A stretch of 27,919 nt of DNA. Origin: Zygophlyctis sp. KS116. Lineage: Eukaryota; Fungi; Chytridiomycota. The notes under the pieces were generated by a model. It was not told the origin of the DNA. It saw only the letters and a program-made list of their open reading frames with translations, and did no database searches. The position numbers were made by a program, and so were the translations under genes. The stretch covers positions 1 to 27,919 of the forward strand of contig BAAFSQ010000131.1 of NCBI GenBank assembly GCA_054661495.1. Direction: 5' to 3'. The stretch's first letter is position 1. Each line of letters opens with the position of its first letter. Below are positions 10,408-20,901 of the stretch, one piece after another.

Positions 10408-11015
10408 AGTGGATAATATCTCTAGATTTTTGCAGCATATTAGTAAATTTAATAGTGTTGCTGATAGCAATACGAATAGTGCTAGTATTACTGCTACAAA
10501 TTCTACTAGTTCAGATCGTTTCAATATTTTTCCGAAGCATATCTGAATTAGAAGTATTTGGGACGAGTGGTATGGATTGGGGGATTTCAGGGCTGAACTA
10601 CTGAGTTCTACTTTTTTTCCTGGTGGTATTGCAGCATTGGAAAAGCTACATGGAGCGAAATGGAGAGCTCATTTTAATGCTGCGGAGCAAAAAAGGCTTT
10701 CAAGAACTAAATTTATTATCTCTCAAATCAATAAGGAGATTGAAAAAGGCGATTTAGAGGAGTAATTTCGCGGTTTGAAGATATATACAGTCCTTCGTCC
10801 AAGGCCATAAGGGGACTGTTTGAGGGGAAGTATATTTTTGGTCGGAAATTTTTTTAACGCCCACCTTATAGATTGTATATCTCATAAATTATTGGCAATA
10901 ATAATGCACGCAGTTTTTGAATAAATTTATTGATGGTCGATTTTCGTGGCCGGAAATTTATTTGACGTGGAAAACTCAAATTTAAAAACAAATATAAGTT
11001 TCAAAAGCGTTTTAT

Positions 11016-11387
11016 TTAAGAGAGATCAATATTGATTTTTCTTTTTTTGAAGCCCATATCGGGGACCACTGTAGAATCATCAGAATTTTCCGAAAAGGTC
11101 CCATTTCCCTTTTTTTCAAGCACCACCGAGATCATTTTGAATTTTAATCCATATCCGTTAATTTTCAGACCCATATTATGACTAGTTATAATTGATTTGA
11201 CAGTGACAAAATCGCCGATTTCAATTTTTTCAGTCCGATGGAGTTCTACTAAAATGCCATTTTCTCTCTTCTTTAAGATGACCCTATGTGAAGGATGGTA
11301 AGCCACAGTAGGATTAGAATCCAATTCTTGAACAATCGAATCAAGTGATGACTCGATAGGAGAAGTGTTTTCCAAGTTGTAAAGTTC
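11016..11387 (-). pseudogene. Orphan ORF fragment, possibly an OB-fold/ssDNA-binding-like C-terminus
   Basis: Open frame with beta-rich pattern IEIGDFVTVKSII..GYGLKFKMISVVLE, followed by an acidic stretch and a KKRK tail. The 5' side ends near telomere tract 11406-11424. Confidence 0.3.
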
Positions 11388-11441
11388 CTTGAAAACAGCA
11401 GAAAATTAGTTAGGCTAACCCTAAATAATTAATAAATATAC

Positions 11442-11608
11442 AATGAATTCTAATGCCTTGGGGTCATACACTCTCTTGTTAGCTGAATGAGCAAGTGATA
11501 TCTTTCTTAATTGGACCGCTTTGATAGCGGCTTGCTCTTGGAAAAAAAGAGATAATTATTTTCTCTCATACTTTGCATTTGAGAAGTTGCTGAATTAGGA
11601 CTATTCAT
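11442..11608 (-). pseudogene. Possible Crypton/Ndc10-like N-terminal fragment
   Basis: Frameshifted peptide ..ANKRVYDPKALEFI resembles the NTxxAYxPKQxEF motif of CryptonF N-termini; followed by a GTATAT donor-like site and then a telomere tract. Confidence 0.35.
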
Positions 11609-12070
11609 TTTTAAAAAGGAAAATTTTCCTGTGATACGTGAATTTTATCTCAGGTAAAATTGCCTTTTGAAATTAATATCGAGGCTAAAATTATACACCA
11701 GTCTGCAGACCGCTCACTTTAAGACGAAAAAATTTGCGCGTTTTTTCGGACCGGAAAAATTTACTTTGTGTTAAATATTCTTTAATATTTAATTGTAATT
11801 TCACCTCATGCATTGGCTTATGCGGATTAGGAGTTTCCGCTTAGTCTAGATTCAAGTATCAATTAGTTTTGATAGAGAAATTTTTAGGGTTTTATAAATT
11901 TCCTTGTATCTTAAGTGATGGAACGGAAAAAATATACTTTGATATACATAATGGGGTTTCAAAGTACGCGAATTTAGGTCGGAAATTTCGCTTAGAATTT
12001 CGCAAAATCCAAAAAAAGCAACTCCTGGCTATGCTTTTTTTTAAAAAATTTGATTTTGAAGCTTAAGATT

Positions 12071-12538
12071 ATGCCAAACTGAAAGCCAATAGCGGGAGGA
12101 AAACATAGCACACCAGCTTAGCGCCAAGACATTATTAAAGGTTAAAAGAAAAAGACAACTTCAATCTTATTACTGGGGAAGCTGCGTTAGGAAAGAAAAT
12201 GATTAACGGGCAACATACTACAAAGGATGTAGCGCATGCTAAGTTGGCAGAGTATATCAATAAGAATCACTGTACAAAGTGGACAAAGTAAATGGCGAAA
12301 GGTGCCTATTTTATTTTTTAAAGCATAGGGCGATATGAAGCTCATATTACTCAGTGTAAAAAATCAGAAGATACAAGTTTACGTACAGGATTTGGATTAT
12401 TGTATTCAGATATAGCCAAGGGAATCGAGACTGTGGAAGCTAAACTGGAAAGTATTTGTCCTCACTACGAAGAACTTGACGCTTTGTATGCCGATTGTCA
12501 AATGAACAACCCAACTTATGTTCGCCAGAGCAGTGATG
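12071..12538 (+). pseudogene. Harbinger-B ORF2 (DNA-binding partner) pseudogene with a 27-nt intron (12302-12328)
   Basis: NFNLITG..AK|GRYE..TGFGL..KGIETVEAKLESICPHYEELDALY..PTYVRQSS aligns with ORF2 of Harbinger-A; truncated at TAGGGTT (12539). Confidence 0.85.
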
Positions 12539-12634
12539 TAGGGTTTTGAAATCTTTCTAAACGTTTCCATATTAGCTAGGGTTCGCTAGCTTACGTATCC
12601 TAAAACTTTAGGTTACAAACTTTACATAAGTTCT

Positions 12635-12925
12635 TGATTATTGAAGACGTTAATGAAATTTACATAGTGATCTCTTCGCAAACTACTCCAACCGTCACTG
12701 ACCAAATGAATATGTTTCGAATCGTTAATTGCGACATTAAGATCATTCTGTAACTTTAAATGTGCTTTGTTCAACAAAGAGTCAGCAGAATAGGCTGGTC
12801 TTAGTCTTTTAAGAAAATCTTTTAGACTTGGGCTGTCAGCAAACCTGAATGAATACCAGTATTGTAAAACGTCTCCGCAAAAAGCTCATCCAATATATCA
12901 GTTCTAGTGCTAGTCTGTCTAGGTT
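12635..12925 (-). pseudogene. hAT transposase fragment captured inside Harbinger-B
   Basis: FRFADSPSLKDFLKRLRPAY...IHLVSDGWSSLRRDHYVNFI, containing the first catalytic D (DGW) of hAT/DUF659-like transposases. Confidence 0.75.
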
Positions 12926-13139
12926 CCATGCGCCAGCCACGTGACCTAAACGTTTAAGCTACAGAACCTTACCGTAACGTACGTAACCTATTTAGGCTAC
13001 GTAGCCTGTAGCAGGCGCACCCTTATATCTTCTAACTAAAAAGTAAATTTTTATTTCGCGATTTGGGCAAAATTTTCGTCCTAAATTCGCGTACTTTGAA
13101 CCCCCCCTTATTGATTTGGCGTAATAATTTGGAATTTAT

Positions 13140-13714
13140 ATTATGAAGCAGATACCAACTCATATTAAGGTGTTTTGTGAGCCTCACGATGATAAGAACT
13201 CCCTCTTTAAATGCAAAATTGTCCAAATGTTCAAAGAAGAAAAAGTGGCACTTCATGGGCCAATCTTAATTCTCACTTGAATGAAAAGCATGAAGACTTT
13301 AAGATGCAAGTATAAAAATATAACAAGGGTGGAACTTTGGATGAATATGTTGATTCTGAAGGTAATTTGAATAAAACGTAATCGTAGGGTACCCGAACCC
13401 TAAGGTCTGCTGGAGATACCCATTTTGTGGGGATTTATTGTTCCTACATTAAATTGTGTAGAAAGGTTTTTTTCTGTCGCCAAATATGTATATTCTCCCA
13501 ATCGACAAAGCTTACTGCCGATGAACTTGGAAGCACTATTTTCTGAAGCTAAAAAAGTCACAGTTATTGATAGGAATACTGAAGAATAAATATATTTCAG
13601 AATATATCTTTATAAAGAATAAAATCATTTTTTTTGAAAATATCTTTGAAGAATTAATATATCTATTTCTTGGGCCAGGAAAAATATAATTAAATATTAT
13701 TTATCCGAGGCCTG
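13140..13714 (+). mobile_element. Internally deleted hAT transposon (BED finger, dimerisation domain, 3' TIR)
   Basis: BED-like FKCK..C...WANLNSHLNEKH; PTLNCVERFFSVAKYVYSPNRQSLLPMNLEAL; terminus ..TTATCCGAGGCCTG (CAG-type TIR) at 13714. The deletion junction is the telomere-like tract 13385-13403. Confidence 0.75.
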
Positions 13715-14281
13715 CGTCCAACTAATAGAGTTAACATGATTAGAGGCTTAGGATGAGTATACTCCTAAAAGAGCGGGAGGGTCAAGTTAGGATTGACCTT
13801 ATATTAAATTAAAGCATTTACCAATCATATTGAGCAATTTTTTTTCTACGCAATAAGAGTATCATGGGGTGAAACCGGAACTGTAAGATATTGAGATTAG
13901 TACTAACCCTGTAAAACCCTGGTACCACTATCATAAGTAATGTTGATATGTTATCAACACCGGTTTCAAATAAGATTTCATTTCATAAGTTTTTAGATAT
14001 ATGAATAAATTTATCTCCCGGATAGTGATCAGGATTGGCAACTTCTGTTTTACAATTCTCAAAACTATCGGAAATCAGAAGATTTCCATTATCTGGTATT
14101 AACTCAATTGAGATACCTTCTCTTAGGTAACTAATCATATATAATTTTAGATATAAAAGCTGCCTATGAAGATGAAGCTGCATTTATAAAAACTACCGGT
14201 GAACTCCATAGGCAACGGAAACGATTCTTTAGGGAACATGAAGTACAATTGGACAAAGATTTGTAATACTTAGTTACCTAG

Positions 14282-15460
14282 TGTTAGAAGGAACGCTTTT
14301 ACCATGATCATGAACTACATGGAGATCTATAGTTAGGACTAAATATAAAGAGGAGAAATATATATTTAGGACTTAACTATAAATAGGAGAAATCTATAAA
14401 TAAAATTTTTATCTTTATCCAAAAAGAGAAATAACAGTCGAACAAAACAATTAAAAATTGACCAAATTTGACGGGACAAATTGGTATGAATTTGAATCGG
14501 ACATGGTGTAGTACATCATGTCAGAAAAACAAGAAAGATGAATCAAAGGCATTGGACTGGGAAGAGAAGAATATTCCAGCAATTGGTATTATCGTTAACA
14601 AAGTTGGCCAATCGATCAGAGAATTTCTAAGAGATATCGAAGGCCTCTTCGATCTGAAGTCTAGATTGCTCTAAGGAAAATGAGTGAAATGATATCGGCA
14701 ATAGTGATTGCCAGAAGTCGAACAGAGTGGGAATCTTTGGAGTATGGTAACGAGGACAGCCTGTTGACGTACTTGAGGAAATAGGAGAGAACTATAAGAC
14801 TTCTAAAGGGCACTCTCAGGCAGAGATCGGAGATGAAGAACTCTGTCTAGAGGCAATGAAGGACCCTAACCCTTGGGAATGATTTGAAGGCATTCGCAGA
14901 TAGATGCTTTGATGGCCGGTTCGAAGAGTCTGGAGGATTACACTTATCTGATAGAAAAGCTACTTAATGAAGTGAGTAGAAAAAGGAATCAAGATGCAAG
15001 CAACAAGCCAAAACAAGCAATGAAAAAAGCAACGGCAAATTTAAGAACAAGAAATGTCACAATTGTACGATGTCCGGTCACAAAAAGTATCAATGATGGG
15101 CTAAAGGAGGTGGGGATGAAGGAATCTACCCGATTCCTGGTGATGGAAACACTACTCAGAAGGAGAAAAGCAAAAAGTATGCACTACAAGTATAAAAAGA
15201 ACTAAAAGAATTAATTGACTTAGACAGTGTATGTTCTGACCATTTGACAGGAGACATCTCAAAGCAGATTAATGTTAAAGACATTGCATCAGTCAAAATA
15301 CATTGATCAGATGATTCAACCAAGTATGCAACAAATAAAAGCATCTGGGAAAAAAGTGATTTGTATATGTTCCAGGACTATCAAAAGGTCTCATATCAGT
15401 CTCACGACTAGGGATAGCCCTAACCCTAAGTAAGAATGCAAAGTTACTTTCTCCGGACAA
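14282..15460 (+). mobile_element. Degenerate copia remnant (copia-3: LTR, gag, protease)
   Basis: TGTTAG.. LTR-like start; PBS-like TAACAGTCGAA at 14432-14442; gag DGTNWYEFE; knuckle CHNCTMSGHKK; PR LDSVCSDHLTG, YVPGLSKGLISVSRL..CKVTF; many frameshifts. Confidence 0.8.
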
Positions 15461-15611
15461 GAAGCGAAAATCTCGAAAAATAATAAATAGGTGTGATAAA
15501 GGGGATAAATGTGAGAGAATTTTTGACAATCAGGTGATTCAGTTTGTTCAACAGTATTTCTTAAAAATTGATTGTAAGAGTCTTAAGGCGAAGTATTAGA
15601 ATAAGCTTAAC

Positions 15612-15881
15612 TTATACTAAGTTATCACCAGGTGAATTGTGCACCACGAAATATGGTTTTACGATTGAACATAAAACTCCATCATCTTTATCCCCTTCCA
15701 GTACCACAATTATTGATTGATATCGAAAAATAAAGTCAGGCTTGAGTGGTCTTGCACTTGAATCGGGAGTCCAAGGAGACTTTTTAACTGGAATTCCAAG
15801 ACCTTTTGAAATCAGTTCCAGAGAATTCAGATTTTTGACAATATTATAAAGAGCTTCTGAATTGGAATCAAATTGTTGCAT
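15612..15881 (-). pseudogene. Possible PD-(D/E)xK nuclease fragment
   Basis: LKPDFIFRYQSIIVVLEGD: PD motif followed by a hydrophobic strand and ExD. Confidence 0.3.
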
Positions 15882-17594
15882 GAAGCTCTATCACTTGGAA
15901 TCAAAATGGAAATCAAGTACCGCGCCACCAAGGAAACGAAAAAGGGGCTAGCTCGTGATGCTGAAATTGTTAAACTGACTGATGCCAATGAAAACCCAAG
16001 ATGTACTTCGGCAAAGCACACTTTCTGCTCCAATTCAAATCGGTCAATTATCAAGATGGAAGATAGGAGCATTACTCTCCGTTCGTATTGTGAAGTCGGC
16101 AAAGAAAGAGCCTTTAAATATCTCTATGATGAAAATGGAAAGCATGTTTTGCAAGATGCATGGAATGCGAAGGTACGTTACCCCAAACTTTTACTAAATT
16201 AGAGATATGATGCTGTCGCTCAAGGAATTCATTGTAAAAGATGCTGATGCCAAATTGCTGTCTTGATTCAAAATGAAAAAGACGAACAGCAGTTTTTATT
16301 TTGTAAAAAAGCTTCTTCTATTAATTATTTTTCTTTCGAAATCAAAATGATCAGCTCTGGACTATTTGGGCCAGCTTCATGCAATCTTTCAAAGATCAAT
16401 GCCAATTTCTTTTTTTGAATGAAACCTCCCAAATAGTTCTCGAATGTTTGATTCCTATAATGAGTTTCTGTTGCTAATCATCCTCCCAATAGTCAACGCA
16501 GAGACTATGCGCTCTCAGCTTACAGTTCCTGTACTGCAATCGTATTCTGTCTGATCTTTCTCTTGGTCTTTCAAGCTTCGCCTAGCCCGGCCCTAGATTT
16601 TGGCCATTTGACGTAAACAGCGCTTGACTATTCAGAAAGAAACTTCGGGTTTAAAGCAATCTAAGCTGCATGTTTCGAGCCGTTAAATGTAGCCTTGGGG
16701 TGGGTTATCCTCTCTATGAGAAACAGCACAATACCGAATATACTCATAAGAACAGCCAACAATGATCCAATAATTGAAACACCTTGTGCGTGAGTTTTCA
16801 ACAGTCACAGTATCAGACCCGCTCTTGGTATTGCAGCTCCTTAAAAAACATAGCTAATACCTTCATACAATTATATACTTTATCTGCATGAAGTTATACT
16901 CTTATTTCCTCTTCTAGATCAATCAAGAAATTCGTATCTGGTACAATCAAAAACCTGAGCCCGCAACTTCTCGAGCCCTAAATGTACTCTTGAGTTTTTC
17001 TTCCCTTTCTAGATCTTTTTCTCTTTGCTTGAAAAGCCATTCAAATGAATTGGGATATGGATGTGTTATGGAGGGTAAGCACCATATAGATCAGGAATTT
17101 TAGCCTGAAATTGAGGAGGCAGGCATCAAATATCAACTTTTTCCCACTACCTTTTTTGCAGCATGGATGTTTTTTGTACTACAGACCATTCATAACACAT
17201 CGCTTATAAGTATCCAGATTTTCCTGCACAGCATTGACACGCCTTGACATACATCATGATTTTTCTATTGGGGTAAAGTTAGGGTTTCCAGTAGAATTTC
17301 CAACCCGATAGCTTTAGGAATACCTTCTTAGGAGAGTACTGCTCCTAAATAAATTTCACTTGATCAAATATCTTGGTTCGATGACTATATCGTAACCTAA
17401 CTTCAGACCAGCTTACACATTGTCTATCAAAACTTGCAACCAGATGCTGATAACTTGGAAAGAGCAATCTATAATCAAAAAAAATTGAAAGAATTTGATT
17501 ATAAAATGAAAGAAAGGCTAGGTTAGGGTTATATCCAACAAATTCAGACTCTGTAAAAGGAAAAAATAGAGCTGGAAAAAAATAAATCACCAGA

Positions 17595-17735
17595 TGGAAA
17601 GATCACATCACTGTGGTATTTACAGATCACAATTCAGCTTGTGATTTCTACAAAAAAGGAGTTCTTATTCTCAGAAAAAAGGATCAATTCTATAATTTGG
17701 ACTATAGAGTCTATTGGAAGGGGGGAAAGATAAGA
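17595..17735 (+). pseudogene. Possible Ty3/gypsy RNase H fragment
   Basis: HHTVVFTDHNS and DYRVYWKGGK resemble the gypsy VxTDH and (F/Y)xIxYxxGKxN motifs. Confidence 0.45.
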
Positions 17736-18660
17736 CAAAGACAAAACATAGAATAAATTTCTTTTATTTAAAACTTGTTTTAAACTTAAATTGAGGTCCA
17801 TTTCTTGGAACTTATCATTTCAAGATCACTTGCACAAGCTGATCATCAAGATTTTTGCTTTTTTGTTTAATTGGTTTATGTCTTATTTGCACAGTATGAA
17901 ATGTTGCGAAAAAGATTGTCGAGTGCTCAAATAAAGACAGGGTTTAGGGTCATGTTACTCGGCTTCCACAGTTGATTTATAAACAGTAGATGGTTTTTTT
18001 ACTACTCCAAGAAATCAAACAATCGCACACAAAGAAACAATATCCACTTACTGACTTACGATCTATTTCATCTGTAGCATAGTCCGCATCACAATATCCT
18101 TTGAAGACAAAAACAGGTTTGTCCAATTTCTTGTACACCAAACAGTAATTATAGGTCGCCTTTAAGTATCTAATTATCTGCTTTAATGTAGTTATATGCT
18201 TCTTCCCACAACAGGAGTGAAATCGTGCTAAATAATAAACTGAATACATGATATCCGGTCGAGTGCCCCTAGCAATGTAGTTTAATACACCTATCAAACT
18301 TCTATAAGGAAACTGATCCGTTGCATCGTCTGTTAAGCTTCCTTTTGTTAATTTTAAGTTAGATTGAGTCGGTGTTTGAGCTTTTTTTGCATCATACATT
18401 TCATATTCCTTCAATAGTTCAATTATTTTAGATCCTTGTGATAAATATAAAGCTTCATTCTTAAAAATAATTGTCCAACCAATGAATAAAGATGCTTTTA
18501 CTAAATTCTTTTAGTAGGGGGTTTCAAAGTATGCAAATTTTGTTAAAATTTTTTGGAAAAACCGCGACCCTAATTTTCACTTTTTTAGGACTTAATTTTT
18601 AACTTTGAAACGCTAAAATGACAAAAAAAATTTCAAGGGGTTTCAAAGCTCACGATTTTC

Positions 18661-19886
18661 ATGCCAAGAATTTCCGAAAAGCAGATGCTAATTTCCTTTA
18701 TCGAGAATGAGATTTATAGATTAGAGCTGATCAAATCAACTACTAATTCGGATGATATTAAATTTTTGGGATTTGAAGAAAGATTACAGGATTTGTCACA
18801 TTTATTATTTGGGTTACAAGTACGGTTCTTGAATCCAAAGATATATATACCAAAATCTTCTCATTTTGCTGAACTGATTTGGTATCTACCCCCAAGAGAT
18901 TTCAAGCAAGAACTCAGAGTTACCTTTGAGACTTTCATTTTCATTCACGACCTTATAGTAACAAGTTCTGAATTTCAAAATGAATCTTACAATAAACAAG
19001 CTCCTGTGGAAATTCAGATGGCTGTGGCTTTTGAAAGATATGGATGTTGTGGTAATGGAGCTAGTGTGGGCCGCATTGCAAGATCTAAAGGTATATAGTT
19101 GATTAATTTAATCTAAGGAATATCAGATGGGACAGTTACCCTCTACTGCCATAGAGTGCATTGAACAAATTAACGACAGAATATATAAAATGGCCATCAA
19201 AACAAGAGCGAGAAATAATATCTGCTAGAATTCAAGATGATTATATGCTCCCAGGATGTATTGGGTACATTGATGGGACTGAAGTTGTTCTTTCTCAACG
19301 ACCTAAAATTGACGGGGAAGTATTTTGGAGCAAAAAAAAACAATACTCATTCAATGTACAGCTAATATCAGATGATACCCGAAAAATATTGTGGTATCAG
19401 CTTGGATGGCCTGGCTCGGTGTTTGATTGGACGGTCTTTAAAACCTCTCATTTATGCCAGAACCCAAACGAGTATTTTTCTGAGTCCGAATACATAATTG
19501 GGGATACAGCATATATGTTGGATTACTGGCTTTTAATCCCTTTTAAAGGTAGAGCAGCGTTGAATGATTTAAATATGGCGTTCAATGAGCACATCTCATC
19601 AATGAGAGTTCGAGTTGAACACCTGAATGGGATTTTGAAAGGACGATGGGCTTGCTTGTGTGGGATTAGAACTCAAATTAAAGTTATCAACGATTTTAAT
19701 TTGATAAATGAAATGATACAAGCAGTTTTAACTCTTCATAATATCGCTCTAAGCTTGAATGATGAATGGAATGATGTGATCGACGAAGATAATTCGCCAA
19801 ATGATGGTTCAAATCTGTCAGGTATGCAAACTCAAAGTGGCACAGAGCTTCGAAATAGACTAAAATCAATTTTTGAAAGTTCATAA
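18661..19886 (+). pseudogene. Harbinger/HARBI1-type DDE transposase, 27-nt intron at 19091-19117, one frameshift near 19157
   Basis: GCIGYIDGT, FNVQLISD, GWPGSVFD, YIIGDTAY, RVRVEHLNGILKGRW; splicing gives the HTH segment RSKG|ISDGTVTLYC. Confidence 0.9.
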
Positions 19887-19917
19887 AAAGTTTGAGGAGT
19901 TAATGGAGCAGTTTAGT

Positions 19918-20901
19918 TTATTCATATAAAATTTTAAGAAATTCTTTCACCTCATCGGCAGTTTTACCTTGCTGCATGAGAACAGTCATCATTTTAGCTT
20001 TTTCACTCCTATCAGCTATTGCTTTTTCCATTTCCAATCTTTCTTTATTTAGAAGGAGCTCTTCCTTTTTGTATAAATTATCAAGGTCGATTTTAGCTTT
20101 AGCCAATTCGAGTTCTTCCTTTTTGTATGAATTTTCCATTTCTAATCTTTCTTTACTGATTAGAATATTCTGTTCAGAGGCGGAAGCGTACAGAGTCGCA
20201 AAGTCTTTTTTACTTGCTTTTGATTGCCGTTCACAGCTACTACTGGCATCACTTATAGATCTACTGCGCTTTTCTTTCTGAATAGGAGTTGTTTTCTCTC
20301 TTGATGTCAACAAGGCCTGGTTAATTGCATCTTCCAAAGAAATGGGAAAGTTCTCGTCGTCAATAATTTCTGAGACACCGTCACCTGTCAGTGTCTCATA
20401 AGATTCCTCCATCATCGAACTTTCTCTGACATATGTAGGTGTAATATTATAGCGATCGCCAAAAAGATTATCCATTTTATCAAAGTGAACGCACATATGT
20501 TCAAGTTTCTCTTCAACTGTTTTAATTCCTATAATTTTATCTTCATCTGTTATTCCAAATCCTGTCTTAAGAGATTCTTTCTTTGTTTCCTTGTATAATT
20601 TCAAATAACTTTCATATCTCCCTATAAAAATATAAATCGTATTTGTCCTTACCTTTAGCTTGTTCAGGTGACCATAGAATATTATGGTGTTTTGTTACGT
20701 ACTCTCCCAATGACGCATAAGCATCGCTTTTCTTCAATTTTTTTCCGCTAATCATTTTCTGTCCATGGGCTGCAGAGCCAGTTATTAATTTAAAATTTGA
20801 ATCATTCTACAATAAATGCTTTTTGATTTTACCTGTAGCCAGTGAATTATCGTGAGGCGTTGAGCGCTGGTAGTATGAGGAGTTTTGGTTGTTCCAGACA
20901 T
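19918..20901 (-). CDS. Harbinger-A ORF2 (Myb/SANT-like DNA-binding partner with coiled-coil tail), 308 aa after splicing
   Basis: join(20901-20833, 20806-20653, 20621-19918) = 927 nt open frame; GT-AG introns of 26 and 31 nt; W..EQAKGRYESY..YK, TGFG, LEHMCVHFDKMDNLFG motifs. Confidence 0.85.

Larger units (their letters stand above)
9851..10830 (+). pseudogene. CryptonF-like tyrosine-recombinase transposon, C-terminal half (Ndc10-domain-2-like plus GCR1_C-like)
   Basis: DRYSAKLPLKAMRVMAG..FFLAR, LRVTILQDAAVL, HCIFNLPVF. After an in-frame TGA (10544-10546): IWDEWYG..IAALEKLHGAKWR..KRLSRTKFII, which resembles GCR1_C. Confidence 0.8.
11951..13107 (+). mobile_element. Non-autonomous PIF/Harbinger (PHIS)-type element (Harbinger-B)
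   Basis: TIRs GGGG(T/G)TTCAAAGTACGCGAATTTAGG at both ends, related to the TIRs of the 18516-21044 element. Carries an ORF2 homolog but no transposase. TSD ambiguous. Confidence 0.85.

Noticed and set aside
11388-11441. 54-nt intron joining 11442-11608 to ORF 11016-11387
   Set aside because: It is frame-compatible, but it contains a head-to-head telomere tract and the two sides look unrelated, so a rearrangement junction is more likely.
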